This document shows, one piece after another, positions 52,394 through 61,816 of a DNA stretch of 64,000 bases; position 1 is the first letter of the stretch; each line of letters starts with the position of its first letter. Location of the stretch: contig CAWDGJ010000001.1 in assembly GCA_963801815.1 (NCBI GenBank), positions 32,001 through 96,000 on the forward strand. The letters are read 5' to 3'. Source of the stretch: an uncultured Verrucomicrobiae bacterium. Lineage in GTDB: Bacteria; Verrucomicrobiota; Verrucomicrobiia; Chthoniobacterales; UBA10450. The notes below the pieces were generated by a model. That model was not told the origin of the DNA. It saw only the letters and a list, made by a program, of their open reading frames with translations, and ran no database searches. A program made the translations under genes and the position numbers.

Positions 52394-52517
52394 GCCTAAC
52401 GAGACGGAGCTGAGCCATCGCTGGCGGCGGCGAACGTGGTAAGCATCGAGAAGTGTTTCATGAAATTAAATGTGGACTTCACAGCGGCCAGCGGTTGGCT
52501 CCAGCGATTGGTTAGGC
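52394..52517 (-). mobile_element. Integron attC recombination site
   Basis: - strand: R'' GCCTAAC-CAATC-L'' GCTGGAGC ... L' GCTCAGC-TCCGTCTC-R' GTTAGGC; one extrahelical base in L''; further pairing CGCTGGC/GCCAGCG. Confidence 0.88.
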
Positions 52518-52582
52518 TCGGAGAAGAAGCCGGCGGTAACCGATCTGGAGCAAAGCCATCCGGACTTTGGCGAGTTTGTCTT

Positions 52583-53035
52583 CTACCTCTTTTTTCGCGG
52601 ATCGTCATTAGGGTTAAGGAAGGTCACACCCGCCGGGCCAGTAAAAGTCACCTGGACAATAACCTCCGCATTTTCCGTCCACGTATAATGCGCGTGCCCA
52701 GCCGGAAGCACGAACACACTCCCCGGAGGCAACTCCGTCCCTTTACTCTTATCAAAGCTCTGCCCAAAAGAATTCCAGTAATTCCCGCTTAATACCGTCA
52801 CCACTTCCGCATACGGATGCGTGTGCGGAGGAACCCTATAGTGCGGTGGAAACTTCGTCCGTTGCACTATCGTCTCAGCCTTAGTCGGGTCCCCAACTAA
52901 GATTACCGTCTGGGCACCCTTGAACACTGGATGCTCGGTCCACACCAGGTCCTCCGCCTTGATCATCTTCATCTCTTGCCCAGAGCCGCTCCCGGCCAGC
53001 CCGAGCAGTGCTAAACCAATCAGTATTCGCTTCAT
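52583..53035 (-). CDS. Exported cupin-domain protein (integron cassette ORF)
   Basis: Signal peptide; PPHTHPYAEVVTVLSG...PAGHAH; lies between GTTAGGC (53087-53093) and the attC. Confidence 0.88.
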   Translation of the reverse strand: MKRILIGLALLGLAGSGSGQEMKMIKAEDLVWTEHPVFKGAQTVILVGDPTKAETIVQRTKFPPHYRVPPHTHPYAEVVTVLSGNYWNSFGQSFDKSKGTELPPGSVFVLPAGHAHYTWTENAEVIVQVTFTGPAGVTFLNPNDDPRKKR

Positions 53036-53086
53036 ATTTTATTTCATCAGCACAAGCAATGTCAGGCGCTCAGAATCGGTCATGCA

Positions 53087-53122
53087 GCCTAACGAGAATT
53101 AGACGAACAATTGTTCACCTAA
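53087..53122 (-). mobile_element. Cassette 5' boundary: attI/attG-like site or attC remnant
   Basis: - strand TTAGGTGAACAATTGTTCGTCTAA-TTCTC-GTTAGGC. Confidence 0.55.
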
Positions 53123-54086
53123 TTCGGAACGGCGTTGCCTGACATCGCCCGCGGAGCGGCCGATCCACCTTCAGTCGATCCACCGCCACGCTTCGGCAGA
53201 TTCGGATCCAGGAAGCCGAGCATGTGGGCGCGTTTGATCGTGCGGACACCTTCCTGCTTTTTGTAGGTCGGCGATGCTTTCGGTGAAACGCTTCCATTTT
53301 CGTCCAATGCACTTTGGGCCGGAAATGGTGTTCGGCGTGGTAGCCATTGTAGAAAAAGAGCCAGTTATAGATTTTTCCGTAACTGCTCACGCCCCACGCG
53401 ATCGGTTTGTCCGGATTCGCGCCGTAATGGCGATAGTAACCGTTCAAATAACTGAAGCAGTGGCCGAGATACCAGAACGGCAGAAAATAAAAAATCACGA
53501 AACGCCAGTTGAAGATGAACATCGTCAACAACGTGACCGCGAACGCCGCCAGCTCGAGATTCCCCCAAAGCACATCGCTGTTGTTGCGTTTGCGCAGTTC
53601 GTTTCGAATCGCGCCGACGTCGTCGCGAAAGAAGCTCTTGAACACATAGCCCCACGGACTTTCCGCTTCGCCGTCGTGGCTGTGACGATAGATCGACAGC
53701 CAATCGATGGTATCGCCACTTTCATCCTGTCGGTCCGAATTGCCCTTGTGATGCTGCATGTGGACGGCGTCGTACATCGTTTGCGAGAAGCAGCAGGCGA
53801 CGGACTGCGTGACCCCAAACGCGCGATTCAGAAAATTCGAACGGAAAAACGGATTATGAATGAAGTTGTGACCGACGCCGTTGATGTTGGCGTTGACCAT
53901 CAACGAATAAAGAAAGCCCAGAATCAGCATTATCCAGAGCGGGGTGTGCGGATACAAAAAGAACAGACCGATAAAGTAGGCGAGGTGAAAAAGTCCGGCC
54001 GCCGCGGGTAACACGTCCCAGCGGGTGTGGGCGAAGATCCGCGAGGTCGTTGCGGGCCGCTCAATGCGAATGACGTCGGTGTTCAC
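53119..54086 (-). CDS. Second membrane fatty-acid desaturase paralog (frameshift ~53270)
   Basis: HNFIH, HMQHH and NGYHAEHHFRPKVHW; collinear with 43858-44856. Confidence 0.88.
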
Positions 54087-54174
54087 GGAGGTTGGTACCA
54101 ATCGCGGAAGAGCGCCTGTCCCGCAAGTTTTGATCATTGCCAACTGAGAGCGTGCGCGGCAATTTAGCGCTCTC

Positions 54175-55129
54175 ATGTTTGCTCTTCAGCCGGAGATGAA
54201 AGTTTTCAGCGGCAGCGCCAACCGGGATTTGGCCGAACAAATCTGCAAATACATCGGCACGCCGCTCGGAAAGGCGACGATCAGCTCGTTCCCCGACGGT
54301 GAAACGTACGTGATGATCGAGGAAAACGTTCGCGGCCGGGATGTTTTTCTGATTCAGCCGACCTGCCCGCCGACCAACGAGCACCTGATGGAGCTGCTCA
54401 TCATGGTGGACGCCGCGCGCCGGGCGAGCGCCGATCGAATCACGGCGGTGATTCCGTTTTTCGGATACGCCCGGCAGGACCGCAAAGACAAACCGCGGGT
54501 GCCGATCACGGCCAAACTGATCGCGAACCTGCTCTACGCTGCCGGGGTGAACCGGGTTCTGACGATGGATCTGCACGCCCAGCAGGTGCAGGGGTTCTTC
54601 GATATCCCGGTCGATCACCTTTATTCGTTGCCTGTACCTAATTAAGTACCTGCGCAGAAAGCTGAAGGGCAAGACGGTGGTCGTTTCGCCGGATATCGGG
54701 GGTCTGAAAATGGCCTCCGCCTACGCGGGGGCGTTGGGAGCCAACCTGGCCATCGTCGCCAAGGAGCGGAAAAGCGCCACCGAAACCGAGGCGCTCTACC
54801 TGATCGGTGAGGTAAAAGATCGCGATGTTCTCCTGGTAGACGACCTGACCGAGACGGCTGGCACCCTGACCTCGGCCGCCGAGATCTTGAAGAAAAACGG
54901 GGCCAAAAGAATCTACGCCGGGGTCTCCCACGCGGTGCTGGTGGACGTGGCCATTGGCCGGTTGCAAAAGTCCAAAATTGAGGAATTAATAACGACCAAC
55001 AGCACGCCGGTTCGCTCGGTGGAAGGATTTAAAGTCACCGTGCTCAGTGTCGCCGAGCTTCTCGGGGAGGGGATGAAACGAATCCACAATGACGAGTCCG
55101 TGTCGTCGCTGTTCAAAATCGACAACTAA
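54175..55129 (+). CDS. prs: Ribose-phosphate pyrophosphokinase (frameshift ~54635)
   Basis: [41 protein letters not shown]. Confidence 0.95.
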
Positions 55130-55134
55130 CGACC

Positions 55135-55878
55135 ATGGCCAAGCAAGTTAAATTGAAAGCGGAACCGCGAAACGCGATCGGACGCATCGCTGCACGCAAA
55201 CTGAAAGCGCGCGGAATCGTACCGGCCGTCATTTACGGCGGTAAACAGAAGTCGCAGGCCCTCCAGGTTTCGGAGCGTGACATCAATGCCATGCTGAGCC
55301 ATGCGTCGGGCGAAAACATTTTGGTCGAACTCGAAATTGCCGGCGAGAAATCGAGCCGGACCGCGCTGTTGCAGGAAGTCCAGCATTCGCCCGTAAGAGG
55401 CGATGTTGTGCATGTCGATTTCCATGCGATCTCGATGGACGAGAAGATCGAAGCAAACGTGCCCCTCGAAGCGCTTGGCGTAGCGACTGGCGTGAAAAAT
55501 TTTGGCGGCTTGCTCGAGCAAAACGTGCGTTCGTTGTCGATCGAATGTTTGCCGCGCGACTTGCCTGACAAGATTACGGTGGACGTTTCGGCTCTCAACA
55601 TCGGTGATGCGATTCACGTGCGTGACATCAAATTGCCGAACGGTGTGGTCCCCAAAGTGCCGGCAGATCTGACGGTCTTCTCAGTGGTCGCGCCGTTGGC
55701 CGAAGAAGAACCGGTAACGCCGGAGGCCGAAGCCGCTGCCGCCGCGGGCCCCGAAGTCATCACCGCCAAGAAGGAAGAAGGCGAAGCTGCCGCGCCTGCG
55801 GCCGGTGCGAAGGGCACCGGAGCACCCGCTGCCAAAGGTGGCGCTCCCGCTCCAAAGGAAAAAGAAGCCAAGAAATAG
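55135..55878 (+). CDS. rplY: 50S ribosomal protein L25/Ctc
   Basis: VPAVIYG, HVDF, TL5-type C-domain; prs-rplY-pth synteny. Confidence 0.95.
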   Translation: MAKQVKLKAEPRNAIGRIAARKLKARGIVPAVIYGGKQKSQALQVSERDINAMLSHASGENILVELEIAGEKSSRTALLQEVQHSPVRGDVVHVDFHAISMDEKIEANVPLEALGVATGVKNFGGLLEQNVRSLSIECLPRDLPDKITVDVSALNIGDAIHVRDIKLPNGVVPKVPADLTVFSVVAPLAEEEPVTPEAEAAAAAGPEVITAKKEEGEAAAPAAGAKGTGAPAAKGGAPAPKEKEAKK

Positions 55879-55980
55879 GTGGATCGAGCGCTCCGCGCTC
55901 GATGTTAAATGGCGGCGAAGCCGCAAGAACTTTATCATCGGTGCGAGCCGCACTGGCCTTAGCGGAGCGGCCGATCCACC
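55878..55980. repeat. REP family B doublet
   Basis: GGTGGATCGAGCGCTCCGCGCTCGATG ... GCGGAGCGGCCGATCCACC. Confidence 0.8.
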
Positions 55981-55986
55981 AAGCGC

Positions 55987-56598
55987 ATGTCGAACCTAAA
56001 CGAAAAGCCAATTCGACTTGTTGCCGGCCTTGGAAATCCCGGTGCCGAATACGCCCACACGCGTCACAACATCGGTTTTATGGTGGTCGATTTCCTCGCG
56101 CACGAAGCTTCGTTGGCATGGGAAAAATCGAGCAAATGGGACGCGGTTACGGCGAAACTTGGCGACGCGGTGCTTGTGAAACCCGCGAGCTACATGAACC
56201 GCAGCGGTTACCCGCTTCACGCGATCGCGCAGTTCTACAAGATCACACCGCCAGAAATTCTGGCCGTGCTGGATGACTTTTCGCTCCCGCTTGGCCGGCT
56301 GCGAATCCGGCAGAGTGGGGGACCCGGCGGGCACAACGGCTTGGAATCGATCATAGTTCAATTCGGCACTGAAGAAATTCCGCGATTGCGTGTCGGAATT
56401 GGCGCCGCGCCGGCTGAAGGAGCGACCGATTACGTTCTCAGCAACTTTTTTGAGGAGGAAAAACCGCTGGTGAGATCGACAATCGAGCGAGCGGGAGAAG
56501 CCGTGAAATGCGCGATTGACAAAGGCGTCGTTTCCGCGATGAACACTTTCAACCCCGAAAGCGTTCGGGGTGAACAAATCGAAGAAGAAAAACCATGA
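55987..56598 (+). CDS. pth: Peptidyl-tRNA hydrolase
   Basis: GLGNPG..Y..TRHNIGF, GGHNGL. Confidence 0.96.
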   Translation: MSNLNEKPIRLVAGLGNPGAEYAHTRHNIGFMVVDFLAHEASLAWEKSSKWDAVTAKLGDAVLVKPASYMNRSGYPLHAIAQFYKITPPEILAVLDDFSLPLGRLRIRQSGGPGGHNGLESIIVQFGTEEIPRLRVGIGAAPAEGATDYVLSNFFEEEKPLVRSTIERAGEAVKCAIDKGVVSAMNTFNPESVRGEQIEEEKP

Positions 56599-56942
56599 AG
56601 AACCGTTATGAAGCGCTGTTGGTTCTCAACGCGCAGGGAAAAGAAGACAGTGTCCACGATATCGTCGACCGCCTGGAGTCTGAGTTTAAGAAGGAGGGCG
56701 CTGAAATCGAGCAGGTGCAGAAAATGGACAAGCGTCCATTCGCTTATGCCGCCGGCCCGCTCGATGCCGGCTTTTACGTGAATTTTGTTTTCCATGCCGA
56801 GCCGGATCTGGTCACCAAACTGAAGTCCAAATTCAAACTCGATCCCGAGGTTTATCGCCAACATTACCAGCGGCTTCGCGCGAAGAGTGAGAAGAAAGAG
56901 CGAAAGGAACCGCCGGCGAAAAAGTTGGCGCGTTCCAAGTAA
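56595..56942 (+). CDS. rpsF: 30S ribosomal protein S6
   Basis: RYEALLVL...KRPFAY...GFYVNFVF; upstream of ssb. Confidence 0.9.
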   Translation: MKNRYEALLVLNAQGKEDSVHDIVDRLESEFKKEGAEIEQVQKMDKRPFAYAAGPLDAGFYVNFVFHAEPDLVTKLKSKFKLDPEVYRQHYQRLRAKSEKKERKEPPAKKLARSK

Positions 56943-56960
56943 TTCGGATAGACCTGGCGC

Positions 56961-57413
56961 ATGGCCAGTTTCAATAAAGTCATTCTCCTCGGAAACCTGA
57001 CGCGCGATCCCGAAGTGCGTTACACCCCCAAAGGCAGCGCCGTGTGCGATCTCGGCATTGCCGTAAATCGTCAATACACCCTCGACAGCGGCGAGAAACG
57101 TGAAGAAGTCACCTACGTCGATGTCGTCCTGTGGTCGCGGCTCGCTGAAATTGCCGGCGAATATTTAAAAAAAGGCCGGCCAATTTTCATTGAAGGCCGG
57201 CTTCAACTCGACACCTGGGACGACAAACAAACCGGACAAAAGCGAAGCAAACTGCGCGTGATCGGCGAAACGATGCAACTTCTTGGCGGTCGTCCGCCTG
57301 GAGCGGGTGGTGGAAGCGAAGGCGGCGAAGAAGGCAAGGCATCTCGCGGGAAAACAACGCCGCCGCCGAAGCCTGCAACTGCGGAACCGGACGACGACGA
57401 AATTCCGTTTTAG
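56961..57413 (+). CDS. ssb: Single-stranded DNA-binding protein
   Basis: NKVILLGNLTRDPEVRYTP; C-terminal DDEIPF. Confidence 0.97.
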   Translation: MASFNKVILLGNLTRDPEVRYTPKGSAVCDLGIAVNRQYTLDSGEKREEVTYVDVVLWSRLAEIAGEYLKKGRPIFIEGRLQLDTWDDKQTGQKRSKLRVIGETMQLLGGRPPGAGGGSEGGEEGKASRGKTTPPPKPATAEPDDDEIPF

Positions 57414-57442
57414 CGACCTACGCGATTTTGCCCCCCGACGTT

Positions 57443-57507
57443 GTAGAGGCGCTTGCTCTCAAGCGCTTGTTTAAATTAGTTCGGTGCTTGAGAACAAGCA
57501 CCGCTAC
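57443..57507. repeat. GTAG REP doublet (family A)
   Basis: GTAGAGGCGCTTGCTCTCAAGCGC...CGGTGCTTGAGAACAAGCACCGCTAC. Confidence 0.88.
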
Positions 57508-57510
57508 AAG

Positions 57511-58611
57511 ATGAACTCCACCGAAGCCTGCATCGTCTTAAACATGCTGCCGACGATGGGGCCGGTGCGTCTTCGAAAACTGCTTGAAGTTTTCGAAACG
57601 CCGGAACGAATTCTAAGCGCGAAGCGTGATGAACTCCGGAAAGTCGAGGGCATTGGTAAAGAAGTTGTCGATCAAATCTCGAATTGGGAAACGATTGTCG
57701 ATCTTCCGGGCGAACTGAAACGGATCGAAGATTTCGGCGCGAAAGTGATCACCCAAATGTCGCCTTCCTATCCGAAATCTCTCCGCGAGATTCATTCGCC
57801 GCCGATCGTCCTTTATGTTTGGGGCGAAATTCAAGAACGCGATCACCACGCGATCGGCATTATCGGCGCGCGCCGGACCACGCATTATGGAAGGGAATCG
57901 GCGAAAAAGCTGGCGTATCAGCTCGCCTATGCCGGATTGACCGTAATCAGTGGCCTCGCCCGCGGAATCGATACCGCCGCGCATCAGGGCGCGCTCGCTG
58001 CCAAAGGCCGGACCATGGCCGTGATTGGATCAGGGTTGTCGAAGCTTTATCCGCCGGAGAACGAGGCGCTCGCGGAAAAAATTCGCAACGGAAACGGAGC
58101 AGTTGTGTCTGAGTTCTCGATGGAAATCGAGCCGGATCGCCAAACTTTCCCGATGCGAAACCGAATCATTTCGGGTTGGAGCCACGGGATTCTTGTGGTC
58201 GAAGCGGGCGCAAACAGCGGCGCGTTAATCACTGCTTCGCAGGCGCTGGAACAGGGCCGCGCGGTCTACGCCGTGCCCGGACACATCAATGCGCCGAGCG
58301 CGATGGGATCGAACCGGCTTATCCAGCAAGGCGCCAAGCTGGTTATGGACGCGAACGATATTCTCGATGACCTGCAAATTCTTCTCCCCGAGACAAAACC
58401 ATCGCCGCTCGCAGCCGTGCGCCCCCTGCCTCCACTCTCGGACGACGAGCGCCGTGTTTATGAGGCGATCGAGGCGAGCGAGACGCCGATTGATCGGATC
58501 GCGTCCAAATGCAATTTGCCAAGTGCGACAGTCTCTTCTATCCTCCTCGCCCTTGAGCTGAAGCGACTGGTGAAGCAGTTGCCCGGAAAATATTTCGTGA
58601 AACTGGCTTAA
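57511..58611 (+). CDS. dprA: DNA-processing protein DprA
   Basis: IIGARRTT.YG, ISGLARGID, FPMRNRII, VEA...SGALIT. Confidence 0.95.
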   Translation: MNSTEACIVLNMLPTMGPVRLRKLLEVFETPERILSAKRDELRKVEGIGKEVVDQISNWETIVDLPGELKRIEDFGAKVITQMSPSYPKSLREIHSPPIVLYVWGEIQERDHHAIGIIGARRTTHYGRESAKKLAYQLAYAGLTVISGLARGIDTAAHQGALAAKGRTMAVIGSGLSKLYPPENEALAEKIRNGNGAVVSEFSMEIEPDRQTFPMRNRIISGWSHGILVVEAGANSGALITASQALEQGRAVYAVPGHINAPSAMGSNRLIQQGAKLVMDANDILDDLQILLPETKPSPLAAVRPLPPLSDDERRVYEAIEASETPIDRIASKCNLPSATVSSILLALELKRLVKQLPGKYFVKLA

Positions 58612-58659
58612 CCTCGTCCGCGATCTGCTCTCCCCCGGTTTGCAAGAGCTTCAATTTCA

Positions 58660-61122
58660 ATGACTAAATCACTGATCATCGCGGAAAAGCCGAGCGTCGC
58701 GAGCGATCTCGCGCGCTCTCTCGGCGGTTTTCACAAAGAGGACGATCATTTCGAGAACGACAAATACGTTATCTCGTCCGCGCTCGGACACTTGGTGGAA
58801 CTGGCGCTGCCGGCCGAACTCGACGTGAAGCGCGGGAAGTGGAGCTTCGCCAATCTGCCGATTATTCCCGAGGAATTTGACCTCAGGCCGATCGAGAAAA
58901 CCAAAGCGCGCTTCAACATGCTGAAAAAGTTGATGAAGCGCGATGATGTTGATCTTCTGATCAACGCCTGCGACGCCGGTCGGGAAGGCGAGCTGATTTT
59001 TCGTTACTTGGTCAAGCTCGCGGGTGTGAAAAAACCCGTGCGCCGCCTTTGGCTGCAATCGATGACAGCCGATTCGATTCGCGAAGCGTTCAATCATTTG
59101 CGGACGGAAGAGGAAATGGTCCCGCTTTCGAAGGCGGCGGTCTGCCGGTCAGAGAGCGACTGGCTGGTCGGCATCAACGGCACTCGCGCGATGACTGCGT
59201 TCAACAATCGGACCGGCGGGTTTCAACTGACGCCGGTGGGCCGCGTGCAAACGCCGACCCTCGGAATTCTGGCCGAACGCGAGGATAAGATTCATCAATT
59301 CAAGCCGCGTAATTATTATGAGGTGTTCGGCGAGTTTGACGTCAAAGCCGGCGCCTACCGCGGCCGGTGGTTCCGGGAGGATTTTGCGAAGGATGGCGAC
59401 GAAGACGCCCGGGCGGAACGGATCTGGGACAAAGCGCAGGCCGACGAGATCAAAAATCGTTGTATTGGCAAGACCGGGGTCGCCACTGAAGAGAAGAAGC
59501 CGACTACGCAGGCGCCGCCGTTGCTTTACGATCTGACGAGTTTGCAACGCGACGCTAACGGTCGCGGTTTCAGCGCCAAGCGCACGTTGCAAATCGCGCA
59601 GCAACTTTATGAACGGTTCAAAGTCGTCACTTATCCGCGGACAGACTCGCGTTACCTGCCGGAAGATTACATCCCGACGGTCAAGGCGACGTTGAGCAAA
59701 GTCGAGAATCCACATGCGCGGACTGCGCTCGACAACCATTGGGTCAAGCCGTCGAAGCGAATTTTCAATAACACGAAGATCTCCGATCACTTCGCAATCA
59801 TACCCACCGGCACCGTGCCTCACGGGTTGGATGAGGTTCAGCAGAAAATTTACGACATGATCGTGCGCCGTTTTATCAGCGTATTCTTTCCGCCGGCGCA
59901 ATTCGAAGTCACAACGCGAATCACGCGTGTCGACAAAGATGCGTTCAAGACGGACGGCAAGATCATAAAAGATCCGGGTTGGCTGGCGGTCTACGGTCGT
60001 GAGGGTGCCTCGGAACAAGGAGAAGAATCTTTGGTTACGATTACGCCGAACGAACCAGCGAAGGTTCTCGATATCGAAGTTGTGCAAAACGAAACCAAAC
60101 CACCGGCGCGCTTTAACGAGGCGACATTGCTCTCGGCAATGGAAGGGGCCGGCAAGTTGGTGGAAGACGAGGAATTACGCGAAGCAATGCGCGAGAAAGG
60201 TCTCGGCACACCGGCGACGCGCTCGACGATCATCGAGGGTTTGATCAATGATGGTTACGTTCACCGACAGGGACGCGACCTGATCGCAACCGCCAAAGGT
60301 CTTGCGCTGATCACGCTTTTGCGCGGCATCGGCGCGACCGAGCTTACTTCACCGGAGATGACCGGCGAATGGGAATCGAAGCTGAAGCGGATGGAGAAAG
60401 GCGCGATGAAGCGGAACGATTTCATGGCCCACATCCGTCAGTTCACGCGCGAGATCGTCGAGAAGGCGAAAAATTTCGAGGGTGATAGCGTGAGCGGCGA
60501 TTTCGAACCGCTCGACGTGAAATGTCCGAAGTGCGGCGGGGGACCGTTCGAAGAGACCTATCGCACATTCAAATGCCAGTCTTGCGGGTTGATCGTGTGG
60601 AAGACGATGGCCGGACGATTGTTCGAGCGCGCGGAGCTGGAAAAACTCTTGACCGAGAAGCGTGTCGGACCACTCGAGGGATTTCGCAGTAAGATCGGGC
60701 GCAAGTTCAACGCCATCGTTAAACTCGGTGACGATTTCAAACCTGCGTTCGATTTTGGCGAGAACGGTCACGATCAACCGGTTACAATCGATACCACGAA
60801 GCACGAATTACTTGGGCTTTGTCCGCTCTGCCACAAAGGCCAGGTTTATGTGCTCGAGCGCGCCTACGCGTGCGAGAACGCAGTCTCGAAAGAAAAGACC
60901 TGCACCTTCCGCGTGAGCAAAACGATCTTGCAGCGCGAGATCCCGAAAGAGCAGGTCCAAAAATTAATTGCCACGGGCAAGACGGACCTTTTGCCTAAAT
61001 TTATTTCCAAAAAAGGCCGGCCATTTTCGGCTCACTTAAAATTAGACAACGGAAAAATCGGGTTCGAGTTCGCTGCAAGAAAACCTAAAAAAGTGGCACC
61101 GAGCAAAGCAGTGGCGGCCTAA
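58660..61122 (+). CDS. topB: Type IA DNA topoisomerase (topoisomerase III type)
   Basis: IAEKPSVA, NACDAGREGE, GRVQTPTL, TYPRTDS, GLGTPATR; C-terminal repeats. Confidence 0.92.
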   Translation: MTKSLIIAEKPSVASDLARSLGGFHKEDDHFENDKYVISSALGHLVELALPAELDVKRGKWSFANLPIIPEEFDLRPIEKTKARFNMLKKLMKRDDVDLLINACDAGREGELIFRYLVKLAGVKKPVRRLWLQSMTADSIREAFNHLRTEEEMVPLSKAAVCRSESDWLVGINGTRAMTAFNNRTGGFQLTPVGRVQTPTLGILAEREDKIHQFKPRNYYEVFGEFDVKAGAYRGRWFREDFAKDGDEDARAERIWDKAQADEIKNRCIGKTGVATEEKKPTTQAPPLLYDLTSLQRDANGRGFSAKRTLQIAQQLYERFKVVTYPRTDSRYLPEDYIPTVKATLSKVENPHARTALDNHWVKPSKRIFNNTKISDHFAIIPTGTVPHGLDEVQQKIYDMIVRRFISVFFPPAQFEVTTRITRVDKDAFKTDGKIIKDPGWLAVYGREGASEQGEESLVTITPNEPAKVLDIEVVQNETKPPARFNEATLLSAMEGAGKLVEDEELREAMREKGLGTPATRSTIIEGLINDGYVHRQGRDLIATAKGLALITLLRGIGATELTSPEMTGEWESKLKRMEKGAMKRNDFMAHIRQFTREIVEKAKNFEGDSVSGDFEPLDVKCPKCGGGPFEETYRTFKCQSCGLIVWKTMAGRLFERAELEKLLTEKRVGPLEGFRSKIGRKFNAIVKLGDDFKPAFDFGENGHDQPVTIDTTKHELLGLCPLCHKGQVYVLERAYACENAVSKEKTCTFRVSKTILQREIPKEQVQKLIATGKTDLLPKFISKKGRPFSAHLKLDNGKIGFEFAARKPKKVAPSKAVAA

Positions 61123-61143
61123 GAGACCGGTTGGCTGGAAGTT

Positions 61144-61206
61144 GTAGAGGCGCTTGCTCTCAAGCGCCTGTTTATTAGTTCGGTGCTTGAGAACAAGCAC
61201 CGCTAC
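61144..61206. repeat. GTAG REP doublet (family A)
   Basis: Near-identical to 57443-57507. Confidence 0.88.
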
Positions 61207-61236
61207 AGCTGCATGGCTCGCACCTCCCAAACCGCG

Positions 61237-61291
61237 ACACAATTCCAAGCGTTAAAGATCGTTGACGCCACAACGCGTGGTGTGCTATTAA
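61237..61291 (+). promoter_or_regulatory. Putative tandem NrdR boxes overlapping the nrdR promoter
   Basis: ACACAATTCCAAGCGT (61237) and CCACAACGCGTGGTGT (61268), 31 bp apart, flanking TTGACG. Confidence 0.45.
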
Positions 61292-61303
61292 GCTTTTAAC
61301 ACT

Positions 61304-61816
61304 ATGCGTTGCCCTAAGTGCGGCTCGCGTGATGACAAGGTAATTGATTCCAGACAATCTCGCGATAGCTCCAGCATTCGCAGGCGCCGCCAATGCCTCA
61401 AATGCGGATACCGGTTTACCACCTACGAGGAAATCGAGCGCTCCGATCTTCGCGTGATCAAGCGCGATCGCACCCACGAACCTTTCGACCGGCGCAAGCT
61501 TGCGGGCAGCATCGCCAAAGCGTTCGAAAAACGTTCCACGAGTTTGCTTACCCTGGAGCAGTTGGTTGACGAAATCGTGCACGATTTGGAAACGAGCGGT
61601 CGCGAAGTTCAGTCGAGCGCCATCGGCGCCAGGGTCCTGGAAAAGCTCCGCGCCATCGATGAAGTAGCCTATCTCCGATACGCTTCCGTCCATCGTCGTT
61701 TCGAAGATGTCGATCAATTCGTCGATGCCATTCAGACCCTTGGCAAGATTTCCAAACCGGACTCGAACCAGCGCGAGCTGTTTCCGACAGATCAAGTGAA
61801 TCATGGTAGCGTTTAA
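61304..61816 (+). CDS. nrdR: Transcriptional repressor NrdR
   Basis: MRCPKCG...VIDSR...RRRRQC..C..RFTTYE; ATP cone; VAYLRYASV. Confidence 0.97.
   Translation: MRCPKCGSRDDKVIDSRQSRDSSSIRRRRQCLKCGYRFTTYEEIERSDLRVIKRDRTHEPFDRRKLAGSIAKAFEKRSTSLLTLEQLVDEIVHDLETSGREVQSSAIGARVLEKLRAIDEVAYLRYASVHRRFEDVDQFVDAIQTLGKISKPDSNQRELFPTDQVNHGSV

Noticed and set aside
12627..55129. Many split genes (treS, CADD, moeB, GH15, HAD, prs, HPr) as pseudogenes or programmed frameshifts
   Set aside because: Single-base indels also hit essential genes such as prs, with no consistent slippery motif; best explained as read errors.
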